A stretch of DNA of 64,000 nucleotides, from the NCBI RefSeq assembly GCF_009914755.1, contig NC_060927.1. One strand, 5' to 3'. Origin of the DNA: the human T2T-CHM13v2.0 reference genome, Homo sapiens. A program made the position numbers and the translations under genes. Shown piece by piece: positions 52,886-64,000 of this stretch (position 1 is its first letter; each line of letters begins with the position of its first letter). The notes under the pieces are model-generated. The model made no database searches and had not been told where the DNA came from. It saw nothing but the letters and a program-made list of their open reading frames with translations.

Positions 52886-54149
52886 AAATAAAGGATATGG
52901 GTTTATCCCCTCTGTTGCTCATAAGCTGCTGGTTTTACTGAGCAATTGCTTCTGTAAGGTTGTATAAACCTAACTGTGTTCACTTCTACAGAACCTCCTT
53001 TTCTTTATCCATGCCAGATATGTGTGACTCAGTTTGTAAATCATTTGAAGACAGTGTCTCCTCTCAACCTCCTTGTACTTCTTATACCAGAGCTGGGGAA
53101 CTATTTCTTAGGTATCATCAGAGGCTGAATGTCTGGCTTCTTCCCAGATCAATAGGTGCACTGTCACCCTGCAACAAGGCCTCCAGGAAACCAGAGAGAA
53201 AGGAACTGCTAGGCAGCTTCACTTCATTTGTACATTCCACTTGGCTATGATTATCAGCCAGAGAATATTCTCCTGAGATGGCTGAGACCAGGTCTATTTC
53301 AAATGACTTCGAAAGGACAATGCTCTCATTGCATACTTGAGAAAAATTGCCGGCTGCACAGAGGAAGAGAAGCGACATTCTGAAATGTGATAGTGAAGCA
53401 TAACAGTAAAATGGAAAGCAATTTAAATGTATTACTGGACAAAAACCATTAGCCCAATGAACATAAATAACCTGACTGAAGAAGGGCACTGTTCCCAGAT
53501 AACTTCTTGAGTTTGGAGGAAATTTCTCTCTTACTAGAAAACCATTGAGTGTCATTAGAGTGGTTTGCAACTGAAACATGTTATCAAGGAGTCAGATTTT
53601 TCCACTTGTGTAAACAACTCTATTGGAATTACTGTGTGACATTTTTGCAGGCAGGGAAGCCAATAACGACTGATATCACCAGATCCAGGCAATTTTGCTT
53701 TATAAGAAGGGCTGTCAATTCCTGATTGTTCCTCTCAGATTATCCTCAGCAGATGCTGCCAAATACTTATTGACATCACCCACACCATTAACCACTCCCT
53801 GAAAGTCTTTGTGTTGTTAATTCTGTTTTTATTTAATTCAGCAAAAACTAGAAGACAAATCTCTAGACTCTGGAAAGATGCAAAGCTCAGAGACCCCAGT
53901 GCTGCTTTAGGTTGGTGGATCCAAGTAGGTGAAGGTTGTGCATGGAAGATGTCATTAGGATTATCCATAGTGCATCGTCATCATAATTTCTTGCTACATT
54001 AGTAATGCTCACACTGAAGAAGCCTATTCAGCTTCCCAGTGGTTCATGAATCTCAGGGGGTGTTACCCTCCTCCTGAGACTCTGAAGGTGGTGATCAGCA
54101 GCCCCTAATAAATGTGTTCACAACTGATCCAAAATGCAGTATGTCAGTT

Positions 54150-54685
54150 TGAGAGGTGAAGCCAGCTGGACTTCCTGGGTCGAGTGGGGACTTGGAGAAC
54201 TTTTCTGTCTTACGAGGGGATTGTAAAATGCAGCAATCAGCACTCTGTAAAAACACACCAATCAGTGCTTTGTAGCTAGCAAGAGGTTTGTACAATGCAC
54301 CAATCAATGCTCTGTAAAATTGATCAATCAGCGCTCTGTAAAATAGAACAATCAGCGCTCTGTAAAATGGACCAATTAGCAGGATTCTAAACGTAACCAA
54401 TCGGGAGGATTGAGAAAAGGGCATTCTGATAGGACAGAAACAGGACATGAGAGGGGACAAATAAGAGAATAAAAGCTGGCCACCCCAGCCAGCAGCAGCA
54501 ACCCGCTCGGGTCCCCTTCCATGCTGTGGAAGCTTTGTTCTTTTGCTCTTCACAATAAATCTTGCTGCTGCTCACTCTTTGGGTCCCTGCCATCTTTAAG
54601 AGCTGTAATACCGCAAAGGTCCGGCGCTCAGTTCTTGAAGTCAGCAAGACCACGAACCCACTGGAAGGAACCAACTCCAGACACA
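54150..54685 (+). mobile_element. HERV9 solo LTR (LTR12, probably LTR12F)
   Basis: TGAGAGGTGAAGCCAGC...ACACA, tandem CCAATCAG repeats and AATAAA; 4-bp TSD agtt at 54146-54149 and 54686-54689. Confidence 0.95.
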
Positions 54686-55189
54686 AGTTCTTAGGGTTTC
54701 ATTTTTTTTTCTTTGGTATTGTTTGTTTTGTTTCTGCCAAAGGAGGAGAAAGAGTTTCCAGGACAATCACCTTGGACTCCGAAAAAAGTTTTTTAAATTT
54801 CTTGGCTCAAGGTATCTGCCCCCAATGAGGGCGGGACCACAAGCACTCCAGGATGGCGGCTAAGCACTGGCTGGAGAGCATCAGCCTCATGTAAGTGATG
54901 TGGGTGGGAGGACTGGACACTCTGAAAATCAGAATCTTCCTTAATACAAACCCACAGCCCAGGACAAGCAACAAACATAAATTCCCCAGGAATCAGTCAG
55001 GCTGGGAGGAGGGAGCTGGTTTGTACAGCTCTGCAGCACCTAACTAATGCAGTGCCAACATATCTCTAATGTGGCCATAATAACATCTAGCTCCAGGGGT
55101 CCTTTGGGGATGCTATATTACATTTGAACAAATTGTGTGAACTCTAAAATGCTATATAAGAATATAATGGTTAAAAAATTAAAAAGCTT

Positions 55190-56655
55190 TAAGATAATGA
55201 AAAGAGAAGCCATAGACTGGGAAAAAGAAATATGTGCAAACACATATCTGATATAGCACTCGTACCCCACATATACAAAGAAGTCTTAAAACTCAACAAT
55301 TAGGAAACAATCCAATTAAAAGGTGGGCAAAAGATCTGAATAGACACCTTAGGAATGAGAATCTACAGATAGTAAGTAAGCATATGAAAAGATACTCCAC
55401 ATCTTATGTAATTAGGGACTTGTAAGTTACCACAATGAGATACCACTATGTCCCTGTTAGAATGGCCCAAATCCCATACACTGATGATATCAAATGCTGG
55501 AGAGGATGTAAAACAACTGGGACTCTCATTCATTGCTAGTGGGAATGCCAAACACTACGGCCACTTTGGAACAATTTTGTTGTTTCTTACAAAGCTAAAC
55601 ATAGTCCTACCACACAATCCAGCAAATGTCCCTAGATATTTAGCCAAGCGAACGGAAACGTATGTCCACACACACACAAAAATCTGTGCAAGAATGCTTA
55701 TGGCAGCTTTTATCATAATTGTCAAAACTATAAGCAAACAAGATGTCTTTCAAGAGGTGAATGAAGAAAGAGTGATACATCCAGATAATTGAATATTATA
55801 TGAGCTATCAAGACACAAAAAGACATGGAAGAATTTAAATGCAGATTACTAGGTGAAAGAAGCCAATCTGAAAAGGCTGCATACTGCATGCATTCAACTA
55901 CTGTATATGATATTCTGGGAATAGCAAAACTATACAGATGGTAAAAGCATTGGTATTTGCCAGGGGTTCGGGTTCAGGGAGGGGTAAATAGGTGAAGGAC
56001 AGTGGATTTTTAGAGCAGAAAAACTGTTCTGTATGATACTATGATGGTGGATGCATAACATTATACATTTGCCAAAAAAAACCCACACAGGCCAGCCATG
56101 GTGGTTCACGCCTATAATCCCATCACTTTGGGAGGCCACGGCAGGCAGATTACTTGAGGCCAGGAGTTCAAGACCAGCCTGGCCAACATGGTGAAACCCC
56201 TTCTGTACTAAAAATACAAAAAAATTAGGTGGGCATGGTGGTGCACGCCTGTAATCCCAGCTACTCGGGAGGCTGAGACACAAATCGCTTGAACCCAGGA
56301 GTCAGAGGTTGCGGTGAGCCAAGATCCCGCCACATCGCTCTGGCCTGGCAATAGAACGACTCTGTCTCAAAACAAAAACAAAAACAGAAAAAAAGCACAC
56401 ACAATGTGTGACACAGAAAGTTAACTCTCATGTAAACTATAGACTTTAGCGAATAATAATGTATCAAAATTAGGTCACCAACTGTAAGACACATGTTCCA
56501 CACTAATGCAAGATGTTAATGATAGGGAAAGTTGGTGGGGGGAGGTGGGAGAGGGTTGGAAAAAAGGAGGGGTATGTGGGTATTCTCTGTCCTCTCTGCT
56601 CAATTTTTCTGTAAATCTAAAAGCACTCTAAAAAATAAAGTCTGTTAAGTCAACA
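55190..56655 (+). mobile_element. L1M (L1MC-like) 3' fragment interrupted by an Alu
   Basis: ORF2 C-terminal remnants (tgggcaaaagatctgaatagacac, NAGEDVKQL) and an L1MC-type 3'UTR. Confidence 0.88.
56090..56393 (+). mobile_element. AluS
   Basis: Dimer with (CAAAAA)n tail; TSD-like aaaaaa(cc/gca)cacaca. Confidence 0.94.
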
Positions 56656-57572
56656 AAAAATTAGAAAGCCTCCGCCAAGTGTCTACTCGAATATCACCAA
56701 AGAGGAACAGCTGAGCGGCTAAAAAGCCATGCTAATTTTCTCAATGACAATTTTCTGTTTAATAAAGTAGGTAAACTAAGTAAAAAAATATATGGCATTT
56801 TCCTCCTTTGGGCCTCAACAAAGGCTTTATTTTTCTACTTTGAAAGGAAAAAACAAATCACTGGTAAACTTGATTTTCCTGAAATGGCTCATATACAAAA
56901 AAAAATTGGTAAACATGGTACTTAAATGAAAATAAAAAGAAATGAATCTCTCTGGAGGACAGCCATCACATTTTACACAGGTGCTCTGGCTTTATTTGAG
57001 ATATGAAATATATATATAAATATATAAATAATATATTTATAAGTATGCTCATCAGAAAGTCCTGATGCAGTTCAAAAAGGAGGCAGTTGTGACTTGGGGT
57101 GTTTGACTAAACCACTTCGGTGTTTCAGGTTTAGAAAAAAATGACTTACTAACGTTGTCACTATTGGGACACCCATTTCATAGCAGGTTTGCTAGTACTA
57201 CATTGATTAGGGACTGAAAAAATAATCTGAGAAGGAGGAATCTATTTTGAGAGGTGGTGTATCTTCATTCTCACACAGATTCATTTATCCATTCACTCAG
57301 CAAACATCTACTGAGCCCACTGAAAACTGGGGGAGAGGTCATGTTCATGTGGGAGATAGCGGGGAAAGATCTTATTTCTGCCCTCAACAAAATCACAATC
57401 TGTTGGGAGGACAAGAAATGTGATCATTGCAATATAAAATAATAATGCTTTCAGTGCTTTAGGAATGCCGTGGAGGGAGTTGTTCCTTCGCCTGAGGGAG
57501 CCAGGAGGCTTCTCAAAGGATATAACTAATTAGCCTGGAATCAGGACAAGCCATCTGAAATCTGTTTCTGAC

Positions 57573-57626
57573 CCAAGGAATCAGGTTTATCACAGGCCAC
57601 CAAGGAATCAGGTTTATCACAGGCCA
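57573..57626. repeat. 27-bp perfect tandem duplication
   Basis: ccaaggaatcaggtttatcacaggcca twice. Confidence 0.95.
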
Positions 57627-57717
57627 ACACATCTTTCACTGTTGGCGGTAGAGTAGCTCGTTTATCTTCTGCAGGAAGTACAAAGACCCTGGCATAAAGA
57701 GAGAAAAAGCATGGATG

Positions 57718-58603
57718 TGTTAAAGCAAACAAACAAAAACACAATTTGTAAATTTAGAAAAAGAGGGGAGACTTAGGGTTACAGCCTGCATCGTGACCAT
57801 CCCATCCCACAGGCTGGAAAGCGAGACTCTAGCGGAGACCAGAGACAGGCACTTCAAAAAACGAGGGATCGGAGTAGGAGCTTTAGGCTGAACAGGTTGG
57901 TTAAGCATACATATTCAACAGGTTACAGGAGGAGATATGAATATTCATGAAGATGGTCCTAACACATGGGTATTGAACAAACATGCGTGTTACATCCATG
58001 TTCACTTTGGGGTGGAGAATTAACATTTAAATATTAGGCTCTAGGTGTCAGAAGGTCTTTTCAGGACATGAAGGCACGCAAGTGCACAATCTCCATAAAC
58101 CAGCCAGAACCAGTTGCTGGAAAATTACTGAAATCAGTCTCTTGTCCAATCAAAGCTGTTAGTTATGGCTAGTGGAACAGGGGGCTAGTTACTCAGCATC
58201 CGATCTTGAGCTGCAAGTTGTGTTAATATTGCTTATCTCGAGGCCAGTGCTTGTTCAGCTGCCAGAGAAAAAGAAAACCCTTGTGGCAGTTAAGAGTATA
58301 GTTTATTCCTTAAGTGTAGGGGGACCGTGACTTAACCCTTGCCCAGCATAGCCTTGGGTCCTGTTTATAATTTAGTATCTTATTGCCATAGTCTGTTCTT
58401 TAGGTCTTGTGATGTCTATTTTCACATGAATGCTGGTCAGTTGTGTCTAAACCATAAATGGAAGGGGAATATAATGAGGGGTGTCTGACCTCCTGTGCCG
58501 TCTTGGCAGGGAACTCAGTCTTAATGTTTTTCTGGGTTCCCATTGGCCACAAGGGAGCCCGCTCATCTGGTGGAGGGACTTAGGATTTTATGTTTAGTTT
58601 ACA
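57718..58603 (-). mobile_element. ERV1 solo LTR, MER49-like
   Basis: TG...CA termini. The reverse complement begins tgtaaactaaacataaaatcctaag, matching the recalled MER49. Flanks gatg/ggtg. Confidence 0.85.
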
Positions 58604-59176
58604 GGTGGATTTCCAAGTGAGCACAAAAGTTACAAAATTTGATCCTTTAATCATATTTTCTCCACAATGTTTTAGGTTCTTTACAATGTTTCAGCTGGCA
58701 GTGCTGAAACCAAATCATTTTTATTTAATTAGATTTTGGTAATAAAATCGTTTATGATCTTCAGTAATACTAAATTAAAAACCATAATCACTCTTTGAAT
58801 TTTTATAAAAAAAAGTACTGACTATTTGGTTTTAAATATTCCCATCCTGGGCTCCTACGCTTGTTGTCAATGGCCATCTGCCCTTGAGTACATCTACAGT
58901 GTTTTAATAATAGAGGGCAGATGCTCTTGTTTTGGAAGTTCAAGACCTGTCCTTCTGTACTGCAAACTGGCCCTCACTTGAAGCACTAGATTACCAAGAC
59001 TAATTCTCAATATATTCTTAAAGCATCAGCAAGGCTGGGGCACCAAAAGAAACATTTTTGAAATAAGTTGACATGTGCCTGATTTGAATGTGTCATCTAT
59101 TTCCTGCTGAGACTTGACTAATGCAATAGCAACAGGGTCCCGTACACACTACTCCAAAATATGGCACCTTGGCATA

Positions 59177-60113
59177 GTAGGGGAGGAAAAAGCACTTTCT
59201 CACTAGGTTCATGGCTCAGGCCCCTATAATAGAAGACATTAACAAGAGAAAAGCATACAAACTTATTTATTAAATAGTATAAATTTTATTTGACATGGGA
59301 ACCTTTATAAGAAAATGAAGACCCAGATAAATGGTGTGCTAGCACATTCTCACACTGCTATAAAGAACTGCCCAAGACTGGGTAATTTATAAAGAAAAGA
59401 GGTTTAATTGACTCACAGTTCAGCATGGCTGGGGAGGGCTCAGGAAACTTACAATCATGGTGGAAGGCACCTCTTCACAGTGCAGCAGGAGAGAGAAGAA
59501 CCGAGCAAGAGAGTAACTACCAAACACTGATAAAACCATCAGATCTCGTGAGAACTCTCACTATCATGAAAACATAATGGGGGAATTGCCCCTCCCTCCT
59601 CCACGCCGTGATCCAATCACCTCCCACCAGGTCTCTCCCTCAACACCTGGAGATTACAATTCAAGATGAGTTTTGGGTGAGGACAAAAAGCCTAATCATA
59701 TCAAATGGCTAAACATGTATGTTTTTATGCTAGATTTTATGAAGAGTAGAGTCATGGAGAAATATGATAGGGCAAAAAGGGTATGATTAAATGGTAATAA
59801 ACTGCCGTGTGGGGGGGCGGGGGAGCACTTACCAAGGCCTGTTTGTCTAGATTCTTCTGTGACCCTTGATCTCCAGAGATAAGGATGTTCCTCTCCTCTA
59901 GGAGGGTAGGGACCCTTTCTCCTGAGGGTCTATGACCTGCTTCAGGGCAAGGCCAGGAAATCCTTCCTAGGTTTTATGATCTGCTTCAGAGGAGAATGGC
60001 AGGGCAAGATAAGAGTGGCCTTTCTGCTTCTGCAGTTTTCTTAAATTCCTTCAGCTTAAAATATTAGCTATGCAAGATGCCATATTTTTGGGTAGTGTGT
60101 CCTGAACCCTGTC
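59177..60113 (-). mobile_element. ERV1 LTR, MER31-like, interrupted by MST
   Basis: The reverse complement begins tgacagggttcaggacacactacccaaaaatatggc. Confidence 0.75.
59335..59703 (-). mobile_element. MSTA-like MaLR solo LTR
   Basis: gactgggtaatttataaagaaaagaggtttaattgactcacag; 5-bp TSD aatgg at 59330-59334 and 59704-59708. Confidence 0.93.
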
Positions 60114-63100
60114 AATATTGTATTAGTTAAGTCCCAGCAGGAAATAGATGGCACAATTGAATAATTTGGTCCTCATCAGTCAACTCCAGCCCAGAATATC
60201 AAAGGCTCCCAAGGAAGGACCATATGTTCTGTTCAGTCTCAGTACACTGGCTGTGACCTTGAGAGGGGCTCTGCTGACATCCTGAAGGGCAGGGAAGAAC
60301 TGTAACCTGTTAACTAGGCCACACATAGGCTCTGCCACCAGACAGACCCCCACACCCCCACAATCTCTGTGTCTTTCTAGTGACAACAGCATACTTCAAA
60401 CCTGTCAGGGTTAGAGAGACACATATTTAAAGAGGCAAGCTGTCCCACTGGAGAGATAAAAAAGCAAACAAGCAAAGCACGGAGTCAACACACAGCCAAT
60501 TTAGAAAATAATCGGGGTCAGCACACAACACCCCAGTGGATTTTTCCAGGGGAAAATGTTTGTGTTATTTAATAATGTTGATATCTCTCACTAGCTCTCA
60601 GCAGTGAAAAGCAGCAGAGTGCCTTCATCTACGCTACGTACCAAAACAGAACATTTATATTTAAATATTTGAGTTAAACATATCTTGTGTTTGTAGAACA
60701 TTAATGCTGTTGACATTGTTCCATAGCTGTACTCTTTAGGGAGTTGGAATCTGTCTTCAATATTAGTCAACAAACCTAAGAAAACACTTTAGTAGGAATC
60801 AGGACCGTGCAGGCTACTCAAAGAGGCTCTTGAATTGGAGGAGGGGGATGAACTGTGGCAGGATGGCAACAAAGGCAAGGATTGTAGAGAGACACCGGCT
60901 GCTATTCTTGCTCCTGCCAATTTCACTTTAGAGGGCATGCATTTGTCCTTGGTACAGTATGGAGCCTCCACTTCTGGAGAAAGACATGGTTCTTTTCCAG
61001 AGCAATGTACCTTCTCCTTTCCCCCTGAATTCCTAGAAAGCTTTTCTCTAGCTTCTTGGCACTGGCTTCACACACTTGAGCCCACTTGCCTCTGCTTAAC
61101 CTGGCCCCTAATTCAGAAACTATGTTCTGATGTCACAAAAGGAAAAGTAATTTACCAGCTGGGAGCTGAGCCATCGGGCAGGTGAAAGAGGTAATAAATG
61201 TTTCTGAGAGGTACCAAACTCTATGTCTCACACGTGCCTCTGTATCTGTCATGTCCCCATCTCATTTGCCCTAATTTGTACCTCTGGGACCCTGTATGCC
61301 AGCTGAGGTCTGTGGGTGAGAGATCACCAGTCCCCAGGACAAAGGGAGGGTTGAATTCTCCATCCTCCCTATTCTGACCACGCAGCCCTATGAGCTGTTT
61401 CTGTTTTAAGAGCATGAGTTGCAAGAATGCTTTACGTTGTGGGCCTCAGGCAGGTTAGGGAAGAAATTAGAGAGCTAATGGCAAACTCTGAGTTGCCATC
61501 AGTGACTGCAGCCTGCCCTGGGGCATCTGGTTTGCAGGAGAAAACTCATGAGATGAGATGCCGGTTACCCAGAGGCACAGAGTGACACAGCACAGTGGAA
61601 GGGAAGGCAGTGAGGGCAGATGGCACCTGAGACCCCAGGGAGAGGAGTGATGCCAAACACACCCACTCCACCCCCGCCTGCTCTGCCCAGTCTCCCCTCA
61701 TCGGCCCCCCAAGCACCTGCTCCCCTCCCACCCAAGCTTTCTCCAGGAAAGGGTGGGCAGGTGCAGTGGGCCTAATTCTCCAGATCACACTGCCCCGCAT
61801 AGAGGAGGAGAGGAGGATCTCCTACCTGTCATTGCAGTTTGAGGCCTGGGATCACGGGAAGGTCAGCATGTCCCAGCAGAACACGTGCATGGCAGCAGTA
61901 GCCCCAGTGCCCAGCCAAAACGGAGACAAGGCAAAGGCCATTGTGCTGTTAGGACTTGCGGGTTCCCGGGGAGAGGATATACTCCTGTCAATCAATAGGG
62001 CCCAGAAATGTCATCTGAGCATCGTTGTCTAACTCTGCTTCCCAGGGAAGAGGTGTGAGCAGCCAGAGTGGGCGCCACGGGCCCACCTCAGTCCATCACT
62101 GGGGAGCTGCCCGCAAACCCCACCCATTTCTTTAACAGTCCCCAAGGGTCCCTGACACTCTTTCCAGCCTCAGAAGCCCCCAGGGACCCAAGTAGCCAAT
62201 TCTCATCTTCCTTGAGCTGTTTCTCCTGGAAGAACATCCACTTCCGCAACCACTACTGCTGGTTGTGGTTATTAACTACTACTGCGTTAAAAACTCAAAC
62301 CCCCAAATCTGAAGGTGTGGCCTCAGGGCTCGTTGCCCTTGACCCTCACCCGTCAACAGTCGACCCCTCTGCCTTCACAGCCTTTTCCTCCTCTGACATT
62401 CCTGACCTCCCCGTGGCCTGCCTTCCCCTGTCTCCTTGGCCGAGCCATCCTCTGTCACCTTCACTGTTTCCACTAGGTTATTGAGGCCTTTTGGTCATGA
62501 GCTCCTGCCACCAAATCAGTGCCTGAGGCTGCTGCATAACAATCTCCTTCCTTGATTAGAGCATCTTAATTATGCTCCAGGAATTTGCTTAAACAGATTA
62601 ATCATTCTGGAGGACAGATTTAGAAGCTGTGCTAGCTGAGGGATCTGCTCTGAGTGTCCCCGGGGAGATTCTGGTGACAACCGCCTGTTGGGCCTTTGCC
62701 AAGGCCTTGGGTGCCTCGGAGACTCGGACACTGGCTGGAAGCTCTACGCACCCCCGAAGGCTTCTCTTTGCTCCTCTGGGCCTGTAGAGCAGGCTCTGAA
62801 ACTCTTGGATGTGAAACGTGGCAGGAGTTTGAGAGTAAGGAGGCCCTGGTGTCCCCTTTCCCTTCCAGCGGACTCGCTGCACTCTAAGGAGTGGATTTGT
62901 GGGCCCCTCCTCAATAAAGTAAAGCCTTAGTCCACTTACTTGTGGCAACTGGGCACCACAGATATTGGAGCCTCACCTCCAACCAACTTAATCAGGATTT
63001 CTGGGGTTGAGCATCTCTAATTTTGCAGGAGCAACTGAAGAGCCCACCAGTTGGTTCTAGTATACACCCAGGTTAAGGAATCACAGCAAAATCTGAGCAC

Positions 63101-63269
63101 TATCAGATGGTTTACTTCTGTACACATCAATGTGGAGAGTCAGTCCCAAAGTCCTTTGGCACTGAGGATAGATCTATCTGGTACTAATGGACAATAATTA
63201 GCGTGCCCAAATCTACCCAAAGTAGGTGTTTACAAACGCTTAACGCTGGGGAGGCAATGTTTCACGCTG

Positions 63270-63490
63270 TTCAAAAGCCAGTGCTTTGGATCAGACTATA
63301 TAGATTTAAGTGCTGTTCCCCCATTTCCTAGCTGTGTGACCTTGGGTAAGTTAACCTCTCTGAGCCTCGATTTTCTCATAGGGACTGTATGCACTTCACA
63401 GGATTGTAAAGAAGGGGAATAAGACTGTACATGGAAGGAGCTTAGAGCAGTGCCTGCCATACAGTAAGTTCCCACTTAAAGTTAGCTATC
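63270..63490 (+). mobile_element. MIR
   Basis: agctgtgtgaccttgggtaagttaacctctctgagcctcg...agagcagtgcctgccatacagtaag. Confidence 0.85.
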
Positions 63491-64000
63491 ACTACTTGCT
63501 CATTCTTCTCCTCAGCATCACCATTTGGCTCAAGGATAGAACAGAATGTTCATAAGAAGCCAGGTCAGGAGGTTTTTCCCAGTGACAACCAATGAGGCTG
63601 AACCTGGAGCAAATCAATGACACTAAGCCGGTCCTCTACCAGTCCCCTACCTATGTGAGGACTAACCAGGAAGGAAAATGCATTCCCTTCAGGGCTTAGA
63701 GTCATGGGAAGAACCAGATTATTTTTTGGAAATGTTAAGAAATGGTTGGGAAGGGAATCAAAAACAAATAAAGCTGATCTAGCCACAAGAGTGAATTCAG
63801 AAAACAAGTACAGAGAATGGTCCTCAGCACCACACACTTGTTTTTCATGTCATCACTGTCCTGATCGAGCCATGCTTTATTCTTGAAATCTTGCCATAGA
63901 AGGAACTGCTCAAATTCCATAGTTTTGCAGAATGGTGGAAAGAGTATTGCAAGCACAGGGCAGGAGAAGTTGGTGTGGTCTTGGAGAAGGGCACATAGCT

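Noticed and set aside
53118-53579. 153-aa minus-strand ORF (and others of 110-140 aa at 30365, 50191, 62068)
   Set aside because: No recognisable domain, splice context or coding-like composition; lengths are compatible with chance.
54095-54553. 152-aa ORF with RALI repeats
   Set aside because: Antisense translation of the LTR12 CCAATCAG tandem repeats.

Overview
Human-type (primate) genomic DNA, not microbial. The window holds the 3' part of BBX (bobby sox HMG-box transcription factor) on the + strand. Eight coding exons (8354-41214) have canonical AG/GT boundaries and splice into one open frame of 1920 nt: 639 codons plus stop, ending ...VLISCADQ*. The HMG-box exons lie upstream of the window. 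A ~5.7 kb 3'UTR follows, ending near 46950, then intergenic DNA. Introns and the downstream flank contain Alu, L1, L2, MIR, DNA-transposon and solo-LTR elements. Nearly all other ORFs in the track are spurious. I found no convincing new multi-gene system. The most interesting signals are: (i) an L1 insertion whose target-site duplication also encloses a copy of local downstream DNA; (ii) an apparent repair scar in an old L1, filled by an inverted 27-bp local snippet plus a tail-less Alu piece; (iii) a candidate poison microexon in a BBX intron; (iv) modular phase-1 exons; (v) short protein motifs resembling Capicua and Sin3-binding motifs; (vi) a CpG-retaining hairpin in the 3'UTR. Repeat subfamily names are from memory of consensus sequences and need RepeatMasker/Dfam confirmation.
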